Shown here: positions 1 to 8,731 of the stretch, piece by piece
How positions within the stretch are numbered: the stretch's first letter is position 1
How the letters are laid out: each line of letters starts with the position of its first letter
Assembly: GCA_023443725.1 (NCBI GenBank)
Contig: JAEZTF010000010.1
Location: forward strand, 29,948-93,947
Length of the DNA stretch: 64,000 nucleotides
Direction: 5' to 3'
Source: Candidatus Parcubacteria bacterium
GTDB taxonomy: Bacteria; Patescibacteriota; Microgenomatia; UBA12405
Program-made: the position numbers and the translations under genes
The notes under the pieces: generated by a model
Databases searched by the model: none
What the model was told of the DNA's origin: nothing
The model's input: the letters and a program-made list of their open reading frames with translations, nothing else

Positions 1-2
1 AG

Positions 3-40
3 AAATGTTACTTTTGAGATCAAAATCTATCAAAAACGTT
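3..40. repeat. Direct repeat copy 1 (about 38 bp, AGAAATGTTACTTTTGAGATCAAAATCTATCAAAAACGT). It is truncated by the window start.
   Basis: About 35/38 nt identical to 721..758. Confidence 0.6.
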
Positions 41-70
41 CCAACTTCGTCCCACACGGCCCGCAAAGTA

Positions 71-100
71 ATTAATCCCCTATTTTAGGGGATTTTTTAA
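71..100 (+). terminator. GC-rich hairpin AATCCCCTATTTTAGGGGATT followed by a T-run; intrinsic-terminator-like.
   Basis: Perfect inverted repeat CCCCTA/TAGGGG with TTTTTTAA after it, in an AT-rich context. Confidence 0.35.
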
Positions 101-107
101 TGAAATC

Positions 108-662
108 TTATGGATATTTAAGAAAATCAACTGATCCAGTTTTTTCTATTCTTTGATTATGTTTAAAAATCGCAATAACGGTAGCTAATTCGTTTAGAAC
201 TTCATTTCTTTGTGATATCATTTTTGCACGCATATCATAATGAGAACAGGTTTCTCCTTTGTTTTCCCACCAACAAGTATTGTCTTCTACGCTTCTATTG
301 TAACAACCAACTTGGTAACCGACTTGAGTTTTTACAACTCCTATTGCTTCTTTTGTAATATTAAAGTAACCGCTATAATCACCACTACCTTCAATCCAAT
401 GTTTGCAGTCTGTGTACACTAAAAAATAACCAGGGAACGAAAATGATGCCCCAGTTTCTATATGAATTGGTTTATCTGAATTCCCTTTTATAGTTATAAT
501 TCCTTTATCAATTACTTCTTGAAAAGCTGATACTACACCAAGATCAGTAAGGTCTTTTTGTGCTTCTGTAATATTTCTTTGTGATTCATTTCCACAAACA
601 CCGTTAATATTTTGTTGGGCGGAATTAACTCGATCAAGAAAACTAGGTCTTTCTGTAGGCAT
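108..662 (-). CDS. Hypothetical Cys-rich protein, 184 aa, no recognisable family.
   Basis: Intact ORF with several Cys/His/Trp in the C-terminal half (CKHW...CYNRS...CWWENKGETCSHYD). No signal peptide. Confidence 0.4.
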   Translation of the reverse strand: MPTERPSFLDRVNSAQQNINGVCGNESQRNITEAQKDLTDLGVVSAFQEVIDKGIITIKGNSDKPIHIETGASFSFPGYFLVYTDCKHWIEGSGDYSGYFNITKEAIGVVKTQVGYQVGCYNRSVEDNTCWWENKGETCSHYDMRAKMISQRNEVLNELATVIAIFKHNQRIEKTGSVDFLKYP

Positions 663-720
663 TTTGTTTATTTAACGGATAATATCGAGTATATTACTTT
701 TTTCTACTTTTTCAATATAG

Positions 721-758
721 AAATATTACTTTTGCGATCAAAATCTATCAAAAAACGT
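721..758. repeat. Direct repeat copy 2.
   Basis: AAATATTACTTTTGCGATCAAAATCTATCAAAAAACGT matches 3..40. Confidence 0.6.
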
Positions 759-802
759 ACTATATTTATTTAATTATCTATTTCGTAGTTGTATAATTTG
801 GA

Positions 803-1225
803 ATGGAGATAGAAATATTAAAAAAGTCGGATATAGAATCATATAAAGCGTTAATCGATGAATGTTTTGATGGAAGTAATAGTATTTCTGAATATGAAAA
901 ATACGACACAGAAGCTAATTATAAAATTATAGTGGCGAAAAATGGAAATAAAGTTGTTGGAAGTGTTACTTTTTACAAATTAGATTTGTTTACTTTTTCT
1001 TTTCAACCAGCATTAGAAGTTTTTAATGTGGCAGTATTAAAAGAATATCGAGGTCAAAAAATTGCTAAAAAACTTTTTGAATATGTTATTGATTATGCCA
1101 AGAAAAATGGTTACAAATCGATAAATTTGACTTGTTTAGATACGGCTATATCGGCTCATAAACTTTATGAAAGTATTGGTTTTGTAAAAGCTAGTAGCAT
1201 TAAATATAATTTTTATTTAAAATAG
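803..1225 (+). CDS. GNAT family N-acetyltransferase.
   Basis: Acetyl-CoA binding motif YRGQKIAKKLFEY (R/Q-x-x-G-x-G/A), 140 aa. Confidence 0.75.
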   Translation: MEIEILKKSDIESYKALIDECFDGSNSISEYEKYDTEANYKIIVAKNGNKVVGSVTFYKLDLFTFSFQPALEVFNVAVLKEYRGQKIAKKLFEYVIDYAKKNGYKSINLTCLDTAISAHKLYESIGFVKASSIKYNFYLK

Positions 1226-1302
1226 TTTTTATTTTAGTTTTTTATTCTAAAGAAAAGCCGTATAAATAGGTATTTATACGGCGTGGGTGCCAAAAAAGAG
1301 TG

Positions 1303-1695
1303 TTAATTTTGTTCAGGTGAAACGAATGATGCTTTGGCTTCTTCGTAATAAAAAGATAGGTTTGGATCTGCACATTTGTCAATGTCTTTGGTAATCATTT
1401 CCAATCTGACATCGGACTTGGCGGTGGCGATGAACTGTTGGAGAATGAAAATTGCCAGATTATTGTTTTCTTCGGAGTCGATAGCTGGATGATCTATGAA
1501 ATTGGTTTTAATAATTCCAAGATCGGTTTCGTCTGTTGTTTGACTGGTGATTTCTTTGACTTTGTCGTAGAAAGCCATAATCGTTTTGGGATTTTTTTTA
1601 CAGACCCTTAGTTCTGGAATCAGTCCGACAATTTCTACTACAGTTTTGGCGGCTTCAATCTTACTTTTCAACATTTTAAACACACTCCTTTTCAA
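1303..1695 (-). CDS. Hypothetical protein.
   Basis: 130-aa ORF with no recognisable motif. Confidence 0.35.
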   Translation of the reverse strand: MKRSVFKMLKSKIEAAKTVVEIVGLIPELRVCKKNPKTIMAFYDKVKEITSQTTDETDLGIIKTNFIDHPAIDSEENNNLAIFILQQFIATAKSDVRLEMITKDIDKCADPNLSFYYEEAKASFVSPEQN

Positions 1696-1800
1696 TGTTC
1701 TTTCTTACTTTTTTGAAAAACGCTATCGTTCTTCGGGGTAATCGGATTATAACACTCAAAGTGATTTACTTAAAAAAAATGAATAAAGTATAATGTAGCC

Positions 1801-2397
1801 ATGATTAAATTTATTTATTTTGACTTTGGGGCGGTATTAGTTAATTATGATAATGTTTTTACAAAAGTTTGTAATGATTTTGGTTTAGACAAAAATGAAT
1901 TTAAAAATTTTTATAACAATTTTGTAGATGAAATGGATGTGGGTAAGGATAGTGTTGATGGATTTTGGAAAAAATGTGTGGAAAATTTTAATCTCAATAA
2001 TGGTTTAAATTATAAATTGGCAAAATCTTGGGTGTCGGATTATAAAATTATTAAACCGATTTTTGAGATGATTACTTCTTTGGAAGGAAAAATAAAAATG
2101 GGAATTATTTCAAATATTCATGCAGATGTTTGGTGGGCAGCTTTTAATGATGATTGGGTTCCTAAAATAAAATATAGTGAGATTATATTGTCTTCTGACG
2201 TGGCGACAATGAAACCAGATAAAGAAATTTATGAAATAGCTCAAAAAAGATCAGGAGTAAATTCTAATGAAATTTTGTTTGTTGATGATAAACCAGAAAA
2301 TTTAGTTATCCCTGACAAAATGGGTTGGAAGACTGTGTTGTTTGATCAATTTAAAGCGGATGATGGTGTGTCTAGAATATTAGAATTGCTAAAATAA
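1801..2397 (+). CDS. HAD-superfamily hydrolase, subfamily IA-like.
   Basis: N-terminal IYFDFGAVL (motif I-like) and C-terminal LFVDDKPEN (motif IV). Confidence 0.6.
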   Translation: MIKFIYFDFGAVLVNYDNVFTKVCNDFGLDKNEFKNFYNNFVDEMDVGKDSVDGFWKKCVENFNLNNGLNYKLAKSWVSDYKIIKPIFEMITSLEGKIKMGIISNIHADVWWAAFNDDWVPKIKYSEIILSSDVATMKPDKEIYEIAQKRSGVNSNEILFVDDKPENLVIPDKMGWKTVLFDQFKADDGVSRILELLK

Positions 2398-3477
2398 TTT
2401 ATTTTTTGGTCTAGAATAAATATTGGTAGCTAAAAAAGTGGTTATAGGAACAGCTAATATTAAACCAATACTACCAATTAAAGTTCGAATAATTTCTTCT
2501 GAAATCATTTCGAAATTGATAATTTCTGAAAATGGATGTGGATTATCAATAAATATTAATAATAATGGTAGTGAAGCACCAGCGTAAGCTAAAATTAAAG
2601 TGTTTACCATGGAAGCAATATGATCTCTACCAACTGACATGGAATGGTTATAAAGATCGATGCTTTTTAAAAATTTTCCAGTCTTCGAAAGTTCTTCAAC
2701 GACAGCTGTTTGAGCAATAGTAATATCATCTAAAACACCTAATGTTCCAAGAATAATTCCAGCCAATAAAATTCCCTTCATATTTAAATATGATTGTTTG
2801 AGAGATAACATACCAGCTTCTTCTGAGGAAAGTCCGGTTAAGTGTCCGATTTTAATAAAAATTGATCCTAAAACTATAGTGATAATAAGAGAAAGAATAG
2901 AGCTTACTATAGCGACAGTAGTTTTTTTGTTAAAGCCGTGAGTTAAATAAAAAGAAAAAGGAATAATGATTAGTGAACCAATAATGGCAATAGAAATAGG
3001 GTTACTGCCGGATGATATTTTTGGTAGGACATAAATAAAAACGATAATAAACGTAAAGGCCATACCTAAAATAGAAGAAACACCTTTCCATTTGGCAATA
3101 AAAATTAAAAAAACTAGGAAAATTATAGATAATAAAACTAAACTGTCAGTACGGACAAAATCAGTAATTGAATAGTGGTCTACCCCGTCAATATTGTCAT
3201 TAGTAACAATAACTCGATCATTACGGTTGTATTTTATAATATTGGCCAAAGCTTGGTCACCATTTTCAATAATTATTTTTTGATGATTGGAATCTAGCTC
3301 TAGTTCTAATTTTTGATAGAGTTGGTTAACTCCCATGACAGAAATTTGTTTTTCTTCAAGAATATTGGTGATTGTGGCTTTGGTAGATTGAGAATCAATT
3401 GCTTTAATTGATTTTGGTGACATCAAAAAAACCACCAAAAAAAATATAAAGATAAATATTTTTTTGAAAAAAGTCAT
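2389..3477 (-). CDS. YibE/F-like polytopic membrane protein.
   Basis: N-terminal signal/TM, soluble domain, then about 6 TM helices with a GVLDDITIAQ-type motif typical of the YibE/F family. Confidence 0.5.
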   Translation of the reverse strand: MTFFKKIFIFIFFLVVFLMSPKSIKAIDSQSTKATITNILEEKQISVMGVNQLYQKLELELDSNHQKIIIENGDQALANIIKYNRNDRVIVTNDNIDGVDHYSITDFVRTDSLVLLSIIFLVFLIFIAKWKGVSSILGMAFTFIIVFIYVLPKISSGSNPISIAIIGSLIIIPFSFYLTHGFNKKTTVAIVSSILSLIITIVLGSIFIKIGHLTGLSSEEAGMLSLKQSYLNMKGILLAGIILGTLGVLDDITIAQTAVVEELSKTGKFLKSIDLYNHSMSVGRDHIASMVNTLILAYAGASLPLLLIFIDNPHPFSEIINFEMISEEIIRTLIGSIGLILAVPITTFLATNIYSRPKNKLF

Positions 3478-3492
3478 TAATCTAGAATAGTT

Positions 3493-4104
3493 TTATTCTA
3501 GAATTCCGTCAAGGTTGACATCGTAGATGATTTCTTCACTAACAAGTCGATAAGAAAGAATCTCTTCTTTAGTAAACCAAACATCAATTTCGGCTTTGGC
3601 TTCTTCAACTGACCCAGAAGAATGGATAATATTTCTAACAGCTCGACTATCAGTGTCAGCCATAGAATAAGAATCGATAGTGTAATCACCTCTAATAGTG
3701 CCTGGAGCTGAAGAAAGTGGTTCTGTGGAACCAGTAATTTTTCTGACGATAGCGACTGCTCCATTTCCTTGCCATATCATAGCCACAACTGGACCACTGC
3801 TCATAAAATCTAAAAGTTTTCGTCTGATGCCTTCAGCAAATTCAACTGGGTCTTTACCAGGAAGTGGTCGACCTTGTTTTTCATAAGCTTCAAAAGATTT
3901 AGTACCGGTTTTAATAGCCCAATCAGGATCAGTAGAATAATGTTTTAGAGCCATTTCTTTAGTTGGAATAACCATTTTTAATGCAACTAATTTAAGTCCA
4001 CAAGTTTCATATCTTTTAATTACTTCACCGATTAGTCCTCTTTGAACTCCATCTGGTTTGATTAATACTAAAGTTTTTTCTTGTTTGACATCGTAATTTT
4101 TCAT
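3493..4104 (-). CDS. ndk: Nucleoside diphosphate kinase, long form with a C-terminal insertion.
   Basis: LVLIKPDGVQRGLIGEVIKRYE near the N-terminus and GSVEEAKAEIDVWF at the C-terminus. Confidence 0.8.
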   Translation of the reverse strand: MKNYDVKQEKTLVLIKPDGVQRGLIGEVIKRYETCGLKLVALKMVIPTKEMALKHYSTDPDWAIKTGTKSFEAYEKQGRPLPGKDPVEFAEGIRRKLLDFMSSGPVVAMIWQGNGAVAIVRKITGSTEPLSSAPGTIRGDYTIDSYSMADTDSRAVRNIIHSSGSVEEAKAEIDVWFTKEEILSYRLVSEEIIYDVNLDGILE

Positions 4105-4155
4105 AGTGGTTAATTTTGCCCTAATTTATTTAAATAATCAAGAAGAAGTTAAGCT

Positions 4156-4503
4156 TTGATTATATTGATGTTTGTCGATATAATAGATTATATGGATAAA
4201 ATATTTAAAGCCTTAGCAGATATAAATAGGAGAAAGATAATTACTTTGTTGAATAATAATCAAGAATTGTCTGTTAATCAGTTATTAAAATATTTTGACA
4301 ATATTGGACAATCAACATTGTCAAATCATTTATCAATTTTAAGAAAAGCGAAATTAGTGGAGTTTAAAATATTGGGGAAACAAAGAATATATAGGTTAAA
4401 CAAAGATTTATTAATGGCGTTTGCGGAAAATATGCGTAAATTCGTTGGAAAAACAGATGAATTTGTAGTAGATAATATTGAAATTAGAGGAATAAAGGTG
4501 TAA
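4156..4503 (+). CDS. ArsR/SmtB family transcriptional regulator.
   Basis: Winged HTH: INRRKIITLL...LSVNQLL...STLSNHLSILRKAKLV. Confidence 0.75.
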   Translation: MIILMFVDIIDYMDKIFKALADINRRKIITLLNNNQELSVNQLLKYFDNIGQSTLSNHLSILRKAKLVEFKILGKQRIYRLNKDLLMAFAENMRKFVGKTDEFVVDNIEIRGIKV

Positions 4504-4504
4504 A

Positions 4505-5116
4505 TTGATATTTAGTTATAGTTTTTTATTATCATCAAATAATATGAATTTGAAGCGACTTAAAAGGAAATATTTTAATTCTACAGAAGAAATTGTAAGC
4601 ATGTTTTTGGGTTTAGTAATTGTGATGGTAGTAGTAGGTTTAATATTTAATTTTTTCCAAAGAAAAAAAGGAAACATCGCTATTCCTGGTTCTAGTGATA
4701 TTGAAATTAGCCAAAACGTAAAAGAAAATGTTAGCGAAAATGAATATGTTGTTAAGAAAGGAGATAATTTATGGAAAATAGCTGTTGATAAATATAAAGA
4801 TGGTTATAAATGGAGTCTGATTGCTAAAGAAAATAATTTAAAGAATCCTGGTAGTCTTGAGATTGGCCAAAAATTGATTTTACCTAAAATAGATAGTGAA
4901 GTTTTGACTGATGGTTCAACAACAAAAAAAGATACTAATTTATTAGTTGGGTCTGAATATAAAGTTGTTAAAAATGACAGTTTATGGAAAATATCAGTCA
5001 AGGTTTATGGTGATGGATATCAATGGGTAAAGATTTGGCAGGTTAATAAAATAAAACTTAATGATCCAAATAGTTTGGAAATTGGTATGATTTTAACGAT
5101 ACCGAGCTTGAAATAG
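4505..5116 (+). CDS. Membrane-anchored protein with two LysM domains.
   Basis: N-terminal TM. Two copies of Y(V/K)VKKGD(N/S)LWKI...PGSLEIGQKLILP, which are LysM-like. Confidence 0.75.
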   Translation: MIFSYSFLLSSNNMNLKRLKRKYFNSTEEIVSMFLGLVIVMVVVGLIFNFFQRKKGNIAIPGSSDIEISQNVKENVSENEYVVKKGDNLWKIAVDKYKDGYKWSLIAKENNLKNPGSLEIGQKLILPKIDSEVLTDGSTTKKDTNLLVGSEYKVVKNDSLWKISVKVYGDGYQWVKIWQVNKIKLNDPNSLEIGMILTIPSLK

Positions 5117-5139
5117 TTCGCATGCTAAAATAAATCGTT

Positions 5140-5210
5140 GCGGCTATAGTTTAGTGGTAAAATGTGTCCTTCCCAAGGATAAGTCGAGGGTTCAATTCCC
5201 TCTAGCCGCT
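5140..5210 (+). tRNA. tRNA-Gly (anticodon CCC).
   Basis: Cloverleaf by eye: acceptor GCGGCTA/TAGCCGC, anticodon loop TTCCCAA, T-loop TTCAATT. No encoded CCA. Confidence 0.8.
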
Positions 5211-5225
5211 CTCTTTTTATATTAG

Positions 5226-5296
5226 GCCGATATAGTTCAACGGCAGAACTGCGGTTTCGTAAACCGTCGATGGTAGTTCGACTCTACCTATCGGCT
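5226..5296 (+). tRNA. tRNA-Thr (anticodon CGT).
   Basis: Acceptor GCCGATA/TATCGGC, anticodon stem GCGGT/ACCGT, loop TTCGTAA, T-loop TTCGACT. Confidence 0.8.
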
Positions 5297-5324
5297 CTGA
5301 AAATTTGATACAATAAGTAACATT

Positions 5325-6038
5325 ATGGCTGAATTTAAAAGATCAAGGTTGGCTCGAAGAAATGACGAGACAGTAACAAAAAAGACTGTCTTTATGGGTT
5401 TTTTGACAATTTTGTCAATCATATTAGTAATATTATTTGGCTTACCATTGTTAGTAAAGTTTTCTGTTTTTTTGGGAAATACTAAGAAAGTAGACAGTTC
5501 TGATAAAAAACTAGTTCCACCATTGGCACCTAGATTGGTAATACCTTATGAAGCAACTAATAGTGCTAATATTTCTGTTAATGGATTTACTGAGGTTGGA
5601 GTTGAAGTAGAATTATTTAAAAATGAAGTTTCAATAGGTAAGACACAGGTTACAGAAAGTGGAGATTTTGTTTTTAAAAATATTCCTTTAGATGATGGAG
5701 ATAATAGTTTTAGTGCCTTAGCAATAAGTAAAGAGGCTGGTTCTAGTGACGGTTCAGTTCCTATAGTTGTATCTTTTGATAATAAAGCTCCCGATTTAAA
5801 AATAACTAATCCGGCTGAATCTGAATTGACAATAGATTATGCTGATTTTGATGTTATTGGAGAGTCGGAGAAAGATACTAGTGTAACGATTAATGGAAAA
5901 GTAGCCGTAGTTGATGATGATGGTAAGTTTAAATTAAAGTTTCAACTCAATATGGGTAAAAATGAATTAGAAGTAATAAGTAGAGATTTGGCAGGAAATG
6001 AAACTAAAAAAAAGATAACAATTACTTACAGTCTTTAA
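5325..6038 (+). CDS. Membrane-anchored extracellular protein with Ig-like (Big-type) beta-rich repeats.
   Basis: N-terminal TM. Repetitive T/S/V/D-rich beta-strand-like segments. Confidence 0.4.
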   Translation: MAEFKRSRLARRNDETVTKKTVFMGFLTILSIILVILFGLPLLVKFSVFLGNTKKVDSSDKKLVPPLAPRLVIPYEATNSANISVNGFTEVGVEVELFKNEVSIGKTQVTESGDFVFKNIPLDDGDNSFSALAISKEAGSSDGSVPIVVSFDNKAPDLKITNPAESELTIDYADFDVIGESEKDTSVTINGKVAVVDDDGKFKLKFQLNMGKNELEVISRDLAGNETKKKITITYSL

Positions 6039-7111
6039 AATAAAACTAAAGATATTAATACCCAAGGATAGAGCAAGGAATTAGCAAATATAGAATGAAA
6101 TAAAATAGAAATGATCATGGTTTTTTGAAGAATCGAACTGTTGATAAATAAATCTTTAATTCCTAGTAAAAACAAAATACCACCGATTACTCCCGTAGAA
6201 ACAAATATAGTAGCCAAACTACCATCAAATCCAGAATTGGCATGAGAATTGGTTATTTTCTTATCTCGAACAAAAGAGATGTTGTTATAACCAATACCGA
6301 TGATTGGTGATTTTTTAAAATTTGTTAAAGCCTCTTGGTAATTTTGAATTTTGGCTGTTATAGAAGATGTTCTTTCTAATTTAGTTCCCTCTCCAGGTTG
6401 TCTAGGTAAAACAATTATGGTTAAAGACATAATAAATAAACTAATTAAAAATATATTTATTTTTTTATAATGTTTAGCAATATAAATAAAAGCAATTAAA
6501 AAAGATAAATAAGTGGAACGGCTATAGGTTAGAGCCATGGCGATGTAACTGATGATTAATAGTGGTATTCGATAAGGTGTTTTTTTGTTTAAAAAGGTTT
6601 TGATGATAAAAAATAGAAAAATTAAACCGGTGAAAGTGGGATCAAAGAAAGTACTAACCAATCGATATAAATGTGGATCCCAATTTAAAGCGTCAAAATA
6701 AGTAAAATTTGGCCAGAAGAAATATTGAATAAAACCAAAGATAATATTAGCAATAATAGATAAATAAAATATGTTCTTAAATTTATTTTCAATATTAAAA
6801 GGAAGAATAAAAAAGGATAATAAACAACTCAAGCGAATTAGATAAAAAAACGGTGTTAAAGAATTAATTTGAAATCGAAATAAATTAATTAATAAACTAA
6901 TCCAAGCAAAAATTAAAAAATATAAAAAATATTTATTTTTAATTTTAAAATTTTTAGTTTTGAAATGTGAATAAAGATTAAACAAAAATAATAAAATTAT
7001 AGATATGTCTATTAAAGGAAAAGATAAATTAAAAAGATTAATTCGATATATTTGACCAATAAAGAAAGAAAAAACGGTGAAAGTAAAAATTATAGTTGTG
7101 ATAAATGCCAT
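6035..7111 (-). CDS. O-antigen ligase/polymerase (Wzy_C)-like polytopic membrane protein.
   Basis: About 10 TM helices. ALTYSRSTYLSF and a C-terminal HANSGFDGSLATIFVSTGVIGG motif resemble the WaaL/Wzy family. Confidence 0.55.
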   Translation of the reverse strand: MAFITTIIFTFTVFSFFIGQIYRINLFNLSFPLIDISIILLFLFNLYSHFKTKNFKIKNKYFLYFLIFAWISLLINLFRFQINSLTPFFYLIRLSCLLSFFILPFNIENKFKNIFYLSIIANIIFGFIQYFFWPNFTYFDALNWDPHLYRLVSTFFDPTFTGLIFLFFIIKTFLNKKTPYRIPLLIISYIAMALTYSRSTYLSFLIAFIYIAKHYKKINIFLISLFIMSLTIIVLPRQPGEGTKLERTSSITAKIQNYQEALTNFKKSPIIGIGYNNISFVRDKKITNSHANSGFDGSLATIFVSTGVIGGILFLLGIKDLFINSSILQKTMIISILFHSIFANSLLYPWVLISLVLF

Positions 7112-7863
7112 AGCTTAGATTTATTTAAAAAGACATGAAAACTAAGGCAGAGTGCCATAATAATTCCTGGAGTTCCATCTAAAAATCCAAATCTAAAGAT
7201 ATAGTTTTGGAGAAATTTACCAATTGGAAAGAAAATAATTTCAAAAAGATTAGTAGAAACTTTTTGGTCAAATAATTCTTGAGATCTAATAGTGGAATAA
7301 AGATCAATTTTCTCCATAAAAGATTTTAAATTTTTATGAGAATTATGATTAATAACTAAATCTGTTTCTTTGGTTGTTTTTACAGATACCCAAGTTTCAT
7401 GAACCTGACCATCAAATTTACCAAAATTTTTATTGAACAATCGAGTGAATTTTAAAGAAGCCGTTTCACCATGTTTTAACGTATTACCAAGGAAGATGTC
7501 TTGGCGTTTAAAAGAATAATTGTTATATTTATGTTTATCGATATGATTTAAAAATCCGATTAATTTTTTACTTGGATATTCGTCAGCATCAAGCCAAAAG
7601 ACTAAATCATTGGATGCTTTGCAAATTCCAAAATTACGTTGAGCGGAAAAATCATTATTTAATCCCCTATTAAAGACTTTAACATTTCTGTTTTTTGAAT
7701 TTAATTTTTTAGCAGTTTCGACAGTATCGTCTGTAGAATTGTCATCGACAATAATTACTTCATTAATAGTTTTGCATTCGTCTAACCATTTAAAATTGTT
7801 CTTTAAATTTTCCGATTCGTTTTTGGTGATCAGGAGAAGCGAGATGTTAGTCAATTTTTTCAT
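7090..7863 (-). CDS. Family 2 glycosyltransferase, LPS-core/WaaE-like.
   Basis: IIVDDNSTDDT ... LDADE (DxD motif). Confidence 0.7.
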   Translation of the reverse strand: MKKLTNISLLLITKNESENLKNNFKWLDECKTINEVIIVDDNSTDDTVETAKKLNSKNRNVKVFNRGLNNDFSAQRNFGICKASNDLVFWLDADEYPSKKLIGFLNHIDKHKYNNYSFKRQDIFLGNTLKHGETASLKFTRLFNKNFGKFDGQVHETWVSVKTTKETDLVINHNSHKNLKSFMEKIDLYSTIRSQELFDQKVSTNLFEIIFFPIGKFLQNYIFRFGFLDGTPGIIMALCLSFHVFLNKSKLWHLSQL

Positions 7864-8704
7864 GATTTAATGTGTTTCTAATCTTTAAAATTGATTCTTC
7901 AATGGTAAAAATAGTATTTAATATTATAGCTTGAATCTTAGGAAGATGTTTTTTAAAAAATATTTTTCTAGATTTATACCAATAATTTAGAGATGTTCGA
8001 TATTTATTAGGGGTGCTAACTCCTCCGATATGTATTACGAAAGAATTTGGATCAAAAATAACTTTCAGACCATTTTCATTGTTTTTTATTCCAAAATCCA
8101 CATCTTCCATATACATAAAATAATCTTCACTAAATAAGTTTAATTTATTTCTTTTTAATCATCTGAATATCATATATGCACCACAGACTGCTGATACTTC
8201 TTTGGGTTCTGTAATTTTAATATTTTGTTCTATCCAGAATTCTTTGGAATATTTATTTTTTGGAAATATTTTTTTGAGATTAGTAAATTCAAAAATTCCT
8301 GTTAAAAATGTGGGTTTATTATTTGCACTTGGATATATTTTATGGTTTGGAAAAAAAATTTTTCCACCAATAACACCTATACTAGAATCTTCATTAATTA
8401 GATTAAATGTTTTTTTTATTGAATCGTTAGTAAAATAAGTATCTGGATTTAATAGTAGGATTAATTTTGATTTTGATATCTTTATTCCTTGATTAACAGC
8501 TTTTGCAAATCCTAAATTTTTTTTGTTTTTAATTATTTTAATATTTTTATTTTTTTTAAGATTAAAATTATTTGAATTATTATCAATTATTATTATTTTA
8601 TTTAGTATTTTTGATATTTTTTTTGTTGACTGAATTAATTTTTTTAAACAGTTTGTTGAATTATAATTAACTACAATTAAATCTAATTTTTTTTCTATTG
8701 ACAT
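7847..8704 (-). pseudogene. Family 2 glycosyltransferase interrupted by a single in-frame TGA at 8159..8161.
   Basis: ORF 8159..8704 holds the N-terminal GT2 part (IVVNYN...IIIDNNS...LLNPDT...CGAYMIFR*). The 42 nt after the stop read in frame as LKRNKLNLFSEDYF. The same frame continues into MYMEDVDFG...HIGG (7847..8116), the conserved GT2 C-terminal motif. Confidence 0.7.
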
Positions 8705-8731
8705 ATTTGATAAATTATTTACACTTTAATT

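Noticed and set aside
240-422. 60-aa plus-strand ORF inside the 108..662 gene.
   Set aside because: It lies antisense to a longer coherent ORF and has low-complexity composition, so it is spurious.
3498-3886. Short ORFs (3498..3764 minus, 3698..3886 plus) overlapping ndk.
   Set aside because: They are embedded in or antisense to the well-supported ndk frame.
8159-8161. In-frame TGA as selenocysteine or as evidence of a recoded genetic code (code 25, TGA=Gly).
   Set aside because: No SECIS-like context. All other long ORFs in the window are intact under the standard code and several terminate at TGA, so global recoding is unlikely.
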